Shown piece by piece: positions 39,778 through 50,434 of a stretch of DNA of 64,000 nucleotides (the first letter of the stretch is position 1; every line of letters begins with the position of its first letter). The notes below the pieces were generated by a model. That model had not been told where the DNA came from. It saw nothing but the letters and a program-made list of their open reading frames with translations, and searched no databases. The DNA comes from an uncultured Actinomycetota bacterium. Its GTDB lineage: Bacteria; Actinomycetota; Actinomycetes; Mycobacteriales; Mycobacteriaceae. The DNA is taken from positions 8,833-72,832 of the forward strand of contig CAVPRG010000002.1 in NCBI GenBank assembly GCA_963707745.1. Direction: 5' to 3'. The position numbers and the translations under genes were made by a program.

Positions 39778-40250
39778 TCACCTCCTTACGTAGAGCAGAC
39801 CGAAGATGACGATCCAAAGCAGATCGACCATGTGCCAGTAGGTGGCACCCTGCTCCACCACCGATGCCCTGCGAAGTCCAGGTTACGTATCTCGCGAACG
39901 GTGACGCCCAGGATCAACAGTCCCAGAGCGACGTGAAACAGGTGTGTTCCAGTGAGCACGTAGTAGAACGAGAAGAATTGGTTCGAAAGGGTGTATCCCG
40001 CAGTGCCATCGCTTGGCTCCCGGTTCTTCGCCGAAGTCTCCTGCGCTGCGGGATGTGTTGACGACAACTGCGTCCAGGCCCTGGAAGAGCGGCTCGGCCC
40101 GGTTGTTCAAGGATCTCCTCGCGCTCCACTTCTCCACGGCGCGGCCGCCGGAGGAAGTGTGGGTCAACCATCCCGTCATCGTGATCGTCGTGGACGAGCT
40201 ATGGCGTGCGCACGCTCGGGGAGTGATACCCGGGGACGTCGACACCTTCT
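39778..40250 (-). pseudogene. Decayed cytochrome c oxidase subunit III-like (heme-copper oxidase SU3 / NorE family) remnant
   Basis: The family C-terminus ATYWHMVDLLWIVIFGLLYVRR* (39778-39846) and the helix FFSFYYVLTGTHLFHVALGLLILG (ORF 39786..40067) are in different frames. Upstream pieces (VPG..., AEPLFQGLDAVVVNT) are in yet other frames, and about two helices are missing. Confidence 0.5.
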
Positions 40251-40427
40251 ACAGCGGCGTCTTCTTCCTGGCCGGGCTGTAGGCCTTGTTGATCACCCTG
40301 CCCGGCACCGGTTCGACGCGCGAGCAGGTGCTGAGACAGTTCGTGGACACGTCGCTGCACGGCATGAGAGTTCACGCAGACGGTGCAGCCAAATACTGAA
40401 TCGGTCGAAAGGCGCTAGCATTCTTCG

Positions 40428-41075
40428 GTGTCGTGGGTCGAACGCGCTGTTGAACGATCGGCAGCTGTGCAGCGCTCTCGCCTGCGCATTGCCGAGCAGG
40501 TGCGGCTCATGCTCGACGCGGCCCGGCGCCTGATTCAGGCCAAGGGTGACGAATTCACCACGCAGGAGCTGGTCGCGGAAGCAGGTGTCGCGCTTCAGAC
40601 TTTCTACCGCTACTTCGCCAGCAAGGACGAGTTGATCCTGGCCGTCATCGGCGACGCGATGAACGATGCGTGCGAACAGTGGGCGGCGACCGCCAGCGAG
40701 ATGCCCGACCCGCTGGACCGGCTCCGGTTCTACCTCACGTCGACGCTCGAGCGGCTCGGTGGTGGTCAGGACGCCGGGACGGCCCGGTTCGTCGTGTCGG
40801 CCCACTGGCGTCTGCATCGTCAGTTCCCCAAGGAGCTGGCCGAAGCCGAGAAGCCATTCGTCGACCTACTGCGCGGCGAGGTGCAGGCCGCCGTCGACGC
40901 GGGATTGCTGAATCCTGCTGACCCGGAATGGGATTCGTGGTTGCTCGCCGAACTCGTGCGTGCGGTCTACCACTACTACGCGTTCGCGCCCCACGACGAC
41001 GCCGAGATGGAAGTGGTCAAGGAGAAGCTGTGGCGGTTTTGCCTGACTGCCCTCGGCGGCGCCGTCAAACCCTGA
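40428..41075 (+). CDS. TetR-family regulator (paralog of 37246..37944)
   Basis: Translation MSWVERAVERSAAVQRSRLRIAEQV...GDEFTTQELVAEAGVALQTFYRYFASKDEL. Roughly 70-75 percent identical to the other copy when aligned by eye. Confidence 0.88.
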   Translation: MSWVERAVERSAAVQRSRLRIAEQVRLMLDAARRLIQAKGDEFTTQELVAEAGVALQTFYRYFASKDELILAVIGDAMNDACEQWAATASEMPDPLDRLRFYLTSTLERLGGGQDAGTARFVVSAHWRLHRQFPKELAEAEKPFVDLLRGEVQAAVDAGLLNPADPEWDSWLLAELVRAVYHYYAFAPHDDAEMEVVKEKLWRFCLTALGGAVKP

Positions 41076-41077
41076 GC

Positions 41078-41590
41078 TCAGGAGTTTTCCTGAATCCACG
41101 TGGTGGTGAAGCGCTGCTCGGCGATCAACAGGTCGACCAGCTGGTTGCCGATGAAATTCTCCACCTTGCCGCCGACCAGCGGGATGCGCACCTCGACGGT
41201 GGTCTTGAACTCCAGCCGTGAGCCGCTGGTCGCCGGCGTCAACACGGCGGTGCCGTCCAACGTGGCGGGCGCGCCGCGGATGGAACCCTTGATCACCGCC
41301 GTCGCCTGGCCATCGACGATCGGCCCCCACGTCTCCTCGCGGACGAAACTCAGGTCGCCGTTGTGGAATTGGGTCACCACACCTGGCAGCCGGTCGGCCC
41401 GCAGCGTCTGCGTCGTGACGATGTCCACGCCACCGTCGGCAGTGAGCTCCATGGCATCCAGCGTCGTCTTGTCCGCCCCCGAACCCGTCAGCCGCGCCAG
41501 CCAGTACCGCTCATCGCTGAAAGCCCGGTAGACCTGTTCGACGGTGCCCTCGTACTCGGCTGCCATGTCGAAAGAACGCGGCATAGTCAC
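41078..41590 (-). CDS. SRPBCC-fold DUF2505 protein (probable Rv0481c counterpart)
   Basis: 170 aa ([28 protein letters not shown]). Divergent from murB. Confidence 0.75.
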   Translation of the reverse strand: MTMPRSFDMAAEYEGTVEQVYRAFSDERYWLARLTGSGADKTTLDAMELTADGGVDIVTTQTLRADRLPGVVTQFHNGDLSFVREETWGPIVDGQATAVIKGSIRGAPATLDGTAVLTPATSGSRLEFKTTVEVRIPLVGGKVENFIGNQLVDLLIAEQRFTTTWIQENS

Positions 41591-41610
41591 CCACGCTACC
41601 GTTACGGCCC

Positions 41611-42672
41611 GTGGTCAGTTCGGATATTGGGGGCGCAGCGGTCCGGGAGTCGGTCCCGCTCGCACCGTTGACCACGCTGCGCATCGGGCCCGTCGCACGC
41701 ACGCTGATCACCTGCGACAGCACCGAACGGGTCGTCGCCGCGCTCGGTGCGCTCCCCGTGGACGCGCCCGCCGAACGGGTGCTGGTCCTCGCGGGCGGTT
41801 CCAACGTCGTGATCGCCGACGACCTGACCGACCTGACCATCGTCCTGCTTGCCAACACCGAGGTGACAGTCGACGGCCACCTCGTGCGCGCCGAAGCCGG
41901 GGCACCGTGGGACCACGTCGTCGTCACCGCTCTGGCGCACGGACTCGGTGGATTGGAATGCCTGTCGGGGATTCCCGGCTCCGCTGGAGCGACGCCCGTG
42001 CAGAACGTCGGCGCTTACGGCGCCGAGGTGTCCGACACCATCAGCCGGGTCAGGCTGCTCGACCGGCGCACCGGTGAAGACCGCTGGGTCGCTCCCGGCG
42101 AGTTGGGCTTCTCTTACCGACACAGCGTGCTGAAGAACGCCGGGCACGCGGTGGTGCTCGAGGTCGAGTTCGCCCTGGATGCGGCGGGGCGAAGTGCGCC
42201 GCTGCGCTACGGCGAACTGGCTCATGCGTTGGGCGTCGACCCAGGTGACCGGGCCGATCCGAACCGGGTGCGCGAAGCGGTGCTCGCGCTGCGGGCAGGC
42301 AAAGGCATGGTCCTCGACGAGGGCGACCACGACACGTGGAGCGTCGGGTCGTTCTTCACCAATCCGGTCGTCGCGCCCGCGGTGCTGGAACGGCTACGGA
42401 CCGGGCACGGCGACGTGCCCAACTACCCGGCCTCGGACGGCGTGAAGCTGGCCGCGGGCTGGCTGGTGGAACGTGCCGGCTTCGGCAAGGGCTTCCCCGG
42501 CGACGGCGCACCGGTCCGGCTGTCGACCAAGCACGCGCTGGCGCTGACCAACCGCGGGACCGCCACCACCGCCGACGTGATTGGGCTGGCCAGGACGGTG
42601 CGTGACGGCGTACTTGCCGAATTCGGGATCAAACTCACACCCGAGCCTGTCCTGATCGGGTGCGCGATCTAG
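41611..42672 (+). CDS. murB: UDP-N-acetylenolpyruvoylglucosamine reductase
   Basis: 353 aa with [37 protein letters not shown] and SVGSFFTNP. Confidence 0.95.
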   Translation: MVSSDIGGAAVRESVPLAPLTTLRIGPVARTLITCDSTERVVAALGALPVDAPAERVLVLAGGSNVVIADDLTDLTIVLLANTEVTVDGHLVRAEAGAPWDHVVVTALAHGLGGLECLSGIPGSAGATPVQNVGAYGAEVSDTISRVRLLDRRTGEDRWVAPGELGFSYRHSVLKNAGHAVVLEVEFALDAAGRSAPLRYGELAHALGVDPGDRADPNRVREAVLALRAGKGMVLDEGDHDTWSVGSFFTNPVVAPAVLERLRTGHGDVPNYPASDGVKLAAGWLVERAGFGKGFPGDGAPVRLSTKHALALTNRGTATTADVIGLARTVRDGVLAEFGIKLTPEPVLIGCAI

Positions 42673-42687
42673 GTAACCTGGGTACAC

Positions 42688-43992
42688 GTGAGCATGAACC
42701 GGCGGCAGGCACTTACCGCGCTCGCGGTGGGCGCATCTGGCGTACTCGCCGCCTGCGCCGGTAGATCCAGCACTCAGTCTGGGTCGGCAACCGCGCAGGC
42801 GCCGGAAACCCCGATGATCACGTTCAAACCCGCCAACGCCTCCACCGACGTGGCGCCGACCGCGCCCATCGGGCTCGAGATCGACAACGGGTGGCTGCAG
42901 CGCGTCGCGCTGACCAACCCCGAAGGCAAGGTCGTGGCGGGCGCCGTCAACCGCGACCGCACGTCCTTCTCCACCACCGAACCGCTGGGCTATGGCGTCG
43001 AGTACACGTGGGTTGGTTCGGCGGTGGGCCGCGACGGCAAGGCGATCCCGCTGGCAGGCAGCTTCACTACCGTGATCCCGGACAACGAGGTCAACGCGCA
43101 GTTCCAGCTGGCCGATGGGCAGGTCGTCGGCGTCGCCGTGCCCGTCATCATGCAGTTCGACGCTGCGATCACCGACAAGGCGTCCGTCGAGCGCGCCCTG
43201 ATGGTGACCACGACGCCGCCCGTCGAGGGCAGCTGGGCCTGGCTGCCCGACGAGGCCGGCGGATCGCGGGTGCACTGGCGCACGCGCGACTACTACCCGG
43301 CCGGGACCAAGGTCCATGTCGCGGCCAACGTATACGGCGTCCCGTTCGGCGACGGCGCGTTCGGCGCGCAGGATCTGACGCTGGACTTCGAGATCGGCCG
43401 CAGGCAGGTGGTCAAGGCGGAGGCGTCGAGTCACCGCATCCAGGTCATCACCGACGAGGGCGTCATCATGGACTTCCCGTGCAGCTACGGCGAGGCCGAC
43501 CTGCCGCGCAACATCACCCGCAGCGGCGTCCACGTGGTCAGCGAGAAGTACGAGGACTTCTACATGTCCAACCCTGCGGCCGGCTACAGCAACGTCCACG
43601 AACGCTTCGCGGTGCGCATCTCCAACAATGGCGAGTTCATCCACTGCAATCCCAATAGCATTGGGGCACAGGGCAACACCAACGTCACCAACGGCTGCAT
43701 CAACCTGAACCTGGAAAACGCCGAGCAGTACTTCCACAGCGCGATCTACGGCGACCCCGTCGAGGTCACGGGCACGTCGATCGAACTGTCCTACTCCGAC
43801 GGCGACATCTGGGACTGGGCCGTCGACTGGGACGAGTGGAAGGCGATGTCGGCGCTCGCCTCACAGGCCGCGCCCGTCAACATCCCCAGCACCGCGCCCG
43901 TGACGCCCACCGACGCGCCGACACTGTCCGGCACGCCGACGACGACGCCGCCGCGTCCGGCTACGTTGCCTGTGGAGGCTCCGGGCGGGTGA
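42688..43992 (+). CDS. lprQ: L,D-transpeptidase lipoprotein (LprQ / Rv0483-like)
   Basis: Signal with [19 protein letters not shown] lipobox, Ig-like domains, and a YkuD domain with HCNP...NVTNGCINL. Confidence 0.9.
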   Translation: MSMNRRQALTALAVGASGVLAACAGRSSTQSGSATAQAPETPMITFKPANASTDVAPTAPIGLEIDNGWLQRVALTNPEGKVVAGAVNRDRTSFSTTEPLGYGVEYTWVGSAVGRDGKAIPLAGSFTTVIPDNEVNAQFQLADGQVVGVAVPVIMQFDAAITDKASVERALMVTTTPPVEGSWAWLPDEAGGSRVHWRTRDYYPAGTKVHVAANVYGVPFGDGAFGAQDLTLDFEIGRRQVVKAEASSHRIQVITDEGVIMDFPCSYGEADLPRNITRSGVHVVSEKYEDFYMSNPAAGYSNVHERFAVRISNNGEFIHCNPNSIGAQGNTNVTNGCINLNLENAEQYFHSAIYGDPVEVTGTSIELSYSDGDIWDWAVDWDEWKAMSALASQAAPVNIPSTAPVTPTDAPTLSGTPTTTPPRPATLPVEAPGG

Positions 43993-44728
43993 ACTTCCGC
44001 GTGGCAGTCGCCTGATCCCGCGGCCGGATCACGATCTGGTCCAGGTTGACGTGCGCCGGTCGGGTGGCCACGAAGCCGATGACCTCCGCGATGTCCTCGG
44101 CCACCAGCGGCGTCATCCCCGAATAGACCGCGTCCGCACGCGCTTCGTCACCGGCGAAGCGGACCAACGAGAACTCCGTCTCCACCATTCCGGGCGCAAT
44201 CTCGGTGAGCCGCACCGGTTTTCCCAAGAGCTCGCCGCGGAGCGTCCGGTGCATCGCACCCTGCGCATGCTTGGCGGCGGTGTACCCGCCGCCGCCGTCG
44301 TAGATCTCGAATGCCGCGATGGACGTGACCGTGACGATGAGCCCGTTGCCGGACTCCACGAGCTTGGGCAACAGCGCCCTGGTCACCCGCAGCGTGCCCA
44401 TCACGTTGGTCTCCCACATCCAGCGCCAGTTCTCGAGGTCGGCGTCGGCGACCGGCTCCAGACCCTTGGCCCCGCCGGCGTTGTTGACCAGCACGTCGAC
44501 CCGGTCCAGTTGCGCGGCCAGCGCGTCGATGGCGGCGGCATCAGTGACGTCCGCCACAATCGCGGTTCCGCCGACCTCGTCGGCGACGGCCTTCACCCGA
44601 TCTTCGCGGCGGGCCACGCAGACCACGTGGAAGTCAAGTCCGGCAAGGGTTTTCGCGGTGGCCTCGCCGATGCCCGAACTGGCGCCGGTCACGACCGCGA
44701 CGCGCTTGTGTGCTTCGAGTGCCGTCAT
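43961..44728 (-). CDS. SDR-family oxidoreductase (Rv0484c-like)
   Basis: Start [23 protein letters not shown] at 44728. NNAG and YTAAKHA motifs. The longer ORF 43961..44833 adds an implausible N-terminus. Confidence 0.9.
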   Translation of the reverse strand: MTALEAHKRVAVVTGASSGIGEATAKTLAGLDFHVVCVARREDRVKAVADEVGGTAIVADVTDAAAIDALAAQLDRVDVLVNNAGGAKGLEPVADADLENWRWMWETNVMGTLRVTRALLPKLVESGNGLIVTVTSIAAFEIYDGGGGYTAAKHAQGAMHRTLRGELLGKPVRLTEIAPGMVETEFSLVRFAGDEARADAVYSGMTPLVAEDIAEVIGFVATRPAHVNLDQIVIRPRDQATATRKFTRPEPPQAT

Positions 44729-44925
44729 CCCTACGACTTTAGTTGGCGTGCTAAATTCTCTCTGTGATTCATCCGGGTCGTACCAGTCAGGCCGCCCGCA
44801 TCGCCGTCCGGCGTGCGTGTTGTTGTCGCGCAACTCGTCGCGCCTGACTGATCGCGGACAACCCTCCGTCCTTCTGAGTCGTTAGGCGTGGCCTAGCCCC
44901 GCCGACCACTCACCAAAGGACACCC

Positions 44926-46233
44926 GTGAGCACTCCCACCCTTCGCCCGACTTCCACCGACATCGCTCGCAAGCGGACCGGCGCTCCCGCTGCGCGGTCA
45001 GAGTCCCCCCAGGCCAAGAGGCTGCTTCTCGCGCGCCATCACGTCGTGGCGCCGTCGCTGCGGGTCGCCGACGCGGCTGCCGGGTCGGTCTTCGGGGCCG
45101 CCCGCCTGCGTGGACCGATCGCCAGGGACAGCATCGCGGGAGTCACCGGGCTCAGTATTGCCACGGTGAACCGCCAGGTCACCGCACTGCTCGACGCCGG
45201 TGTGCTGCGGGAGCGGGCCGATCTCGCGGTATCCGGTGCCATCGGCAGGCCTCGGATCCCCGTCGAGGTCAACCACGAGCCGTTCCTGACGCTCGGCATC
45301 CACATCGGTGCCCGCACCACCAGCATCGTGGCCACCGACCTGCTCGGCCGCACGCTCGACGTGGTGGAGACGTCGACGCCGCAGGGCCCCCAGAACGCCG
45401 CACTGGCCTCGCTGGCCGACAGCGCGCGCCGCTACCTGAGCCGCTGGCACCGGCGCAAGCCCTTGTGGGTCGGAGTCGCCGCGGGCGGCGTGATCGACAC
45501 CGCCACCGGTTACTTCGACCACGCGCGGCTCGGCTGGGCGGACGCGCCCGTCGGACCCGTGCTCGCCGAGGCGCTGGGGCTGCCCGTCTCGGTCGCCTCT
45601 CACGTCGACGCGATGGCAGGTGCCGAACTGTTGCTCGGGGTGCGCCGTTCCCACACGCCGACGGCCACCAGCCTGTACGTGTACGCCCGCGAAACCGTTG
45701 GCTACGCACTGTCGATCGGCGGGCGGGTGCACTCGCCGGCGAGTGGGCCCGGCACCATCGCGACGCTGCCCGCGAAGTCCGAACTGCTGGGAAACACGGG
45801 CCAACTGGAGTCGACGGTCAGCGACGAGGCCGTGCTGATCGCCGCCCGGAGGTTGCGGATCGTCCCGGCCGACGGTCCGTCGTCGACCATCGGAGGCGTG
45901 TTGCGCGCGGCCCGGCAGGGGAACGAGGGCGCGGCGGCGCTGCTGGCCGAGCGGGCCCGCGTGCTCGGGCAGGCCGTCGCGATGCTGCGCGACATGCTCA
46001 ACCCCGACGACCTCGTCGTGGGCGGGCAGGCGTTCACCGAGTACCCCGAGGGCATGGCGCTCGTCGAGGCCGCGTTCGCGGACCGTTCGGTGCTGGCGCC
46101 ACGTGACATCCGGGTGACGGCGTTCGGCAATCGGGTGCAGGAGGCCGGTGCCGGGGTGGTGTCCCTCGGCGGTCTCTACGCCGACCCCGTCGGCGCGATG
46201 CGACGGGCTCAGCGCTCCCAGTCGACCGCCTGA
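44926..46233 (+). CDS. ROK-family transcriptional regulator (Rv0485-like)
   Basis: 435 aa with an N-terminal wHTH (IARDSIAGVTGLSIATVNRQVTALLDAGVL) and a ROK sugar-kinase-like domain. Confidence 0.88.
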   Translation: MSTPTLRPTSTDIARKRTGAPAARSESPQAKRLLLARHHVVAPSLRVADAAAGSVFGAARLRGPIARDSIAGVTGLSIATVNRQVTALLDAGVLRERADLAVSGAIGRPRIPVEVNHEPFLTLGIHIGARTTSIVATDLLGRTLDVVETSTPQGPQNAALASLADSARRYLSRWHRRKPLWVGVAAGGVIDTATGYFDHARLGWADAPVGPVLAEALGLPVSVASHVDAMAGAELLLGVRRSHTPTATSLYVYARETVGYALSIGGRVHSPASGPGTIATLPAKSELLGNTGQLESTVSDEAVLIAARRLRIVPADGPSSTIGGVLRAARQGNEGAAALLAERARVLGQAVAMLRDMLNPDDLVVGGQAFTEYPEGMALVEAAFADRSVLAPRDIRVTAFGNRVQEAGAGVVSLGGLYADPVGAMRRAQRSQSTA

Positions 46234-46260
46234 CGGTCCGCGCGTCGCCTTCAAGTCGCC

Positions 46261-46315
46261 TTTGTGTCGTTTGTTGCGGCGTCATCCTGCGATTCGACGC
46301 AACAAACGACACAAA
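46261..46315. promoter_or_regulatory. 18-bp perfect inverted repeat (hairpin, terminator or operator candidate) between the ROK gene and mshA
   Basis: TTTGTGTCGTTTGTTGCG (46261-46278), a 19-nt spacer, then CGCAACAAACGACACAAA (46298-46315). Exact reverse complements. Confidence 0.7.
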
Positions 46316-46379
46316 CGTGGGTGATCCGAACAGGTGACCGGAACCGGCGCAAGCAGGGCACTACCGGGGCAGTGCAAGG

Positions 46380-47669
46380 ATGGGATTCGTGCGCGTCGCC
46401 GTCTTGTCCGTCCATACCTCGCCGTTGGCACAGCCGGGTACCGGCGACGCGGGCGGGATGAACGTCTACGTGCTGCAGAGCGCGCTCGAGCTGGCGAGCC
46501 GGGGCGTCGACGTCGAGATCTTCACCAGGGCGACGTCGTCGACCGATCCGCCGGTCGTGCGAGTCGCTCCCCGAGTGCTGGTTCGCAACGTCGTCGCTGG
46601 GCCCTTCGAAGGACTGGACAAGAACGACCTGCCCACACAGCTGTGCGCGTTCACCGCCGGAGTGCTGCGCGCCGAGGCCACCCACGAGCCGGGGTACTAC
46701 GACATCGTCCATTCGCACTACTGGCTGTCCGGTCAGGTGGGCTGGCTGGCGCGGGATCGCTGGGCCGTGCCGCTCGTCCACACGGCCCACACGCTCGCCG
46801 CGGTGAAGAACGCCACGCTGGCCGAGGGTGACTCGCCCGAGCCGCCGCTGCGGGCCGTGGGCGAGCAACAGGTGGTCGACGAGGCGGACCGGCTCATCGT
46901 GAACACCGAAGATGAAGCGCGACAACTAGTTTCGCTACATCACGCCGATTCCGACCGCATCGACGTCGTCCATCCCGGCGTCGACCTGACGACCTTCACG
47001 CCCGGCGACAAGCGCGCCGCCCGTGCTGTGCTCGGCATCGCTTCCGACGAAGACGTGGTTGCGTTCGTCGGCCGCATTCAGCCGCTCAAGGCGCCTGACG
47101 TCCTGCTGCGCGCCGCGGCGAAGCTGCCTGGCGTCCGCGTGCTGGTCGTCGGCGGTCCTTCGGGCAGCGGTCTGGCCGCGCCCGACGTGCTGGTTCGGCT
47201 CGCCGACGAATTGGGTATCTCCGACCGGGTGACGTTCCTTCCCCCGCAGCCGCGCGAGCAGCTGGCCAACGTGTACCGCGCCGCAGACCTCGTCGCGGTG
47301 CCGAGCTACTCGGAATCGTTCGGCCTCGTCGCCGTCGAGGCGCAGGCCTGTGGGACGCCGGTGGTGGCCGCCGCGGTGGGCGGGCTGCCGGTGGCGGTGC
47401 GCGACGGCGTCAGCGGGGTGTTGGTGCCCGGACACGACACCGACGAGTGGGCGGCCGCAATCGCCGGCGTGTTCGAGCGTGGGCCGGAGACCATGAGTGC
47501 CGCCGCGGTCGAGCACGCCGCGACGTTCTCCTGGTCGGCGACCGTCGATGCGCTGCTCGCCAGCTACGGTCGGGCGATAGCCGACTATCGAGCCCGCCAT
47601 CAGCAGCGGGACGTCGCGTCGCGGCGCAACGGGCGCAGGTTCTCGCTGCGGCGAGGCATCCGCGCATGA
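46380..47669 (+). CDS. mshA: D-inositol-3-phosphate glycosyltransferase (mycothiol biosynthesis)
   Basis: 429 aa with [35 protein letters not shown] and [24 protein letters not shown]. Confidence 0.95.
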   Translation: MGFVRVAVLSVHTSPLAQPGTGDAGGMNVYVLQSALELASRGVDVEIFTRATSSTDPPVVRVAPRVLVRNVVAGPFEGLDKNDLPTQLCAFTAGVLRAEATHEPGYYDIVHSHYWLSGQVGWLARDRWAVPLVHTAHTLAAVKNATLAEGDSPEPPLRAVGEQQVVDEADRLIVNTEDEARQLVSLHHADSDRIDVVHPGVDLTTFTPGDKRAARAVLGIASDEDVVAFVGRIQPLKAPDVLLRAAAKLPGVRVLVVGGPSGSGLAAPDVLVRLADELGISDRVTFLPPQPREQLANVYRAADLVAVPSYSESFGLVAVEAQACGTPVVAAAVGGLPVAVRDGVSGVLVPGHDTDEWAAAIAGVFERGPETMSAAAVEHAATFSWSATVDALLASYGRAIADYRARHQQRDVASRRNGRRFSLRRGIRA

Positions 47670-48220
47670 GCGATGAGCCGCTTGCGCGAAGAGCAGACGG
47701 CCGCGATGAGGACGCAGCAGGCAGCGTCCATCGAGTCATCGAGGACACCATCAAGGAGCAGGAGCTCGACTACGCGCTCCATCCGAACGAATCCGGCGGG
47801 CTGCCGGGCATCGTCGTCGCGCTGCCGGGCGAGCGGCGTCTGGTCACCAACACGATCCTGTCCGTCAGCGCACATGGGGTGCGCGTCGAGGCGTTCATCT
47901 GCCGCAAGCCCGAGGAGAACTGCGAGGGCGTCTACCGCTACCTGCTGCGGCGCAACCGCAAGATGTACGGCCTCGCCTACACCCTCGACAACCTCGGCGA
48001 CATCTACCTCGTGGGCCGGATGTCACTGCACTCGGTCACGCCCGAGGAGCTCGACCGCATCTTCGGTCAGGTGCTCGATGCCGTCGATCGGGACTTCAAC
48101 GCGTTGCTGGAGTTGGGTTTTCGCACGTCCATCCAGAAGGAATGGAAATGGCGGGTGTCGCGCGGTGAGTCGCTGAAGAATCTGCGTGCCTTCGAGCACC
48201 TGATCGACGACGAGGAATGA
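47666..48220 (+). CDS. Conserved hypothetical protein (Rv0487-like, YbjN-type fold family)
   Basis: ATGA overlap with the mshA stop. 184 aa. Conserved position between mshA and gpm1. Confidence 0.7.
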   Translation: MSDEPLARRADGRDEDAAGSVHRVIEDTIKEQELDYALHPNESGGLPGIVVALPGERRLVTNTILSVSAHGVRVEAFICRKPEENCEGVYRYLLRRNRKMYGLAYTLDNLGDIYLVGRMSLHSVTPEELDRIFGQVLDAVDRDFNALLELGFRTSIQKEWKWRVSRGESLKNLRAFEHLIDDEE

Positions 48221-48355
48221 ATCGGCTCCGGCATCGAGTCGGCACTGGCGGTCACCGCCACTGGCACATTCGCGCCGCCAGTTCCGGATCGATGGGTTGG
48301 GGCGTCATGGCGAGCGCACGGGCGGCCGTGCCGTCGCCGTGAGAGGATCTGAGTC

Positions 48356-49096
48356 ATGGCGACCCTTGTCTTGCTCCGTCACGGCGAGAGCGAATGGAAC
48401 GCGCTGAACCTGTTCACCGGCTGGGTCGACGTCGACCTCACCGACAAGGGCAGGACCGAAGCCGCGCGCAGCGGCGAACTGCTCGTCGAACAGGGCGTCC
48501 TACCCGACGTGCTCTACACGTCGCTGCTGCGTCGCGCCATCACCACCGCGCACCTGGCGCTGGACAAGGCCGACCGGCTGTGGATCCCCGTGCACCGCGA
48601 CTGGCGGCTCAACGAGCGGCACTACGGTGCCCTGCAGGGCCTGGACAAGGCCGAGACCAAGGCGAAGTACGGCGACGAACAGTTCATGGCGTGGCGCCGC
48701 AGCTACGACACACCACCTCCCCCGATCGACAAGGGGAGCAAGTACAGCCAGGACGCCGACCCGCGTTACGCCGACATCGGTGGCGGCCCGCTGACCGAGT
48801 GCCTGGCCGACGTGGTCACCCGGTTCGTGCCGTACTACGAACAGACCATCGTCCCGGACCTCGAAGCGGACAAGACGGTACTGATCGCCGCCCACGGCAA
48901 CTCGCTGCGCGCGCTGGTGAAGTACCTGGACGGCATGTCCGACGAGGACGTCGTCGCGCTGAACATCCCGACGGGCATCCCGCTGCGATACGACCTCGAT
49001 GCCGACCTGAAGCCCAAGGTTGCCGGCGGGGTGTACCTGGATCCGGAAGCCGCGGCGGCGGGCGCCGCAGCGGTTGCTTCGCAGGGCGCGAAGTAG
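48356..49096 (+). CDS. gpmA: 2,3-bisphosphoglycerate-dependent phosphoglycerate mutase
   Basis: [20 protein letters not shown] and [10 protein letters not shown] motifs. Confidence 0.95.
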   Translation: MATLVLLRHGESEWNALNLFTGWVDVDLTDKGRTEAARSGELLVEQGVLPDVLYTSLLRRAITTAHLALDKADRLWIPVHRDWRLNERHYGALQGLDKAETKAKYGDEQFMAWRRSYDTPPPPIDKGSKYSQDADPRYADIGGGPLTECLADVVTRFVPYYEQTIVPDLEADKTVLIAAHGNSLRALVKYLDGMSDEDVVALNIPTGIPLRYDLDADLKPKVAGGVYLDPEAAAAGAAAVASQGAK

Positions 49097-49228
49097 CCGC
49101 GCGGGGCCCGCGCAGGCGAATTGTTGGTGAACTCGGATGAACACGGGCCAAACTCCTGGATTTGGGTATGTGACATGTCCCGAATTGGCCGCACGCTGCT
49201 GGGATGACGTTCACCGGAAACGTACGAT

Positions 49229-50419
49229 TTGCCCGTGAGTGTGCTAACCGCACTGCTGCTGACGGCAGTCGTGGCGCTGCTCGCGCTCGCGGTCGGCGGG
49301 ATACTCGGAATCGTCATCACTCCGCGCCTCGCCGAACACCGGCGGCGTCGGTCCGTGGACCAGGACGGCATCACCGTTTCGGAGATGCTGCAGCGCATCG
49401 TGTCGTTGGCTCCGGTGGGGATCGTGGTCGTCGACACCTACCGTGACGTCGTCTACACCAATGACCGGGCCCACGAGCTGGGGTTGGTCCGCGACCGCCT
49501 GCTCGACGACCGTGCCTGGACCGCGGCCGAGCGCACGCTGGCCACGGGTGAGGACGTGGAGGTCGACCTGGCCCCCGTCAAACGCCAGAATCCGGGTCGG
49601 TCCGGGCTGTCGGTGCGGGGTCACGTTCGACTGCTCACCGAGGACGATCGCCGCTTTGCCGTCGTCTACGTCGACGACCAGTCCGAACACGCCCGCATGG
49701 AGGCCACGCGCCGCGACTTCGTGGCCAACGTCAGCCACGAGCTGAAGACGCCGGTGGGCGCCATGGGGGTGCTCGCCGAGGCATTGCTCGCCTCGACCGA
49801 CGACGCCGTGACAGTCGGCCGGTTCGCCGAGATGATGGTCACCGAATCCAATCGGCTGGCCAACATGGTCGGCGAGCTCATCGAGCTGTCGCGGCTGCAG
49901 GGCGCCGAGCCGCTGCCCGACCTGGGGGCCGTCGACGTCGACACCGTGGTAGCGGAAGCCCTGTCCCGCTACAAGGTGGCCGCCGACAACGCCGACATCG
50001 CGGTCACCACCGACGCTCCGACGGGGTATCGCGTGCTCGGCGATCAGCCGCTGTTGGTCAGCGCGCTGGCAAACCTCGTCTCGAACGCAATTGCATACTC
50101 GCCCAACGGGTCTCCGGTATCGATCAGCCGGAGGAGGCGGGGAGACAACGTCGAGATCGCCGTCACCGACCGTGGTATCGGTATCGCGCGGGCCGACCAG
50201 GAGCGGGTTTTCGAACGGTTCTTCCGCGTCGACAAGGCGCGCTCCCGGGCCACCGGCGGGACCGGGCTCGGGCTGGCCATCGTGAAGCACGTGGCGGCCA
50301 ATCACAACGGATCCATCCGGCTGTGGAGTCAGCCGGGTACCGGGTCGACGTTCACTTTGTCGATACCGGCGTACCCCGACACCGACGACGAATTCGACGA
50401 ACGGTCGGATAACCAATAA
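49229..50419 (+). CDS. senX3: Sensor histidine kinase SenX3
   Basis: TM segment, PAS-like region, H-box [12 protein letters not shown], and N, G1 and G2 boxes ([23 protein letters not shown]). Followed by regX3. Confidence 0.93.
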   Translation: MPVSVLTALLLTAVVALLALAVGGILGIVITPRLAEHRRRRSVDQDGITVSEMLQRIVSLAPVGIVVVDTYRDVVYTNDRAHELGLVRDRLLDDRAWTAAERTLATGEDVEVDLAPVKRQNPGRSGLSVRGHVRLLTEDDRRFAVVYVDDQSEHARMEATRRDFVANVSHELKTPVGAMGVLAEALLASTDDAVTVGRFAEMMVTESNRLANMVGELIELSRLQGAEPLPDLGAVDVDTVVAEALSRYKVAADNADIAVTTDAPTGYRVLGDQPLLVSALANLVSNAIAYSPNGSPVSISRRRRGDNVEIAVTDRGIGIARADQERVFERFFRVDKARSRATGGTGLGLAIVKHVAANHNGSIRLWSQPGTGSTFTLSIPAYPDTDDEFDERSDNQ

Positions 50420-50434
50420 GGAGGCGTCAGACCG

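Noticed and set aside
42394-43737. 447-aa ORF antisense to lprQ. Similar long antisense or out-of-frame ORFs occur at 44998..46254, 53835..55586, 60708..62171, 13037..13909, 33853..35205 and 52168..53625.
   Set aside because: All overlap well-supported genes on the other strand or in another frame, and their translations have no recognisable motifs. They are GC-driven artefacts.
50420-50434. Looked for MIRU repeats in the senX3-regX3 spacer, where they were first described in M. tuberculosis
   Set aside because: The spacer here is only 15 nt (TAAGGAGGCGTCAGACCG-ATG context), so there is no repeat.
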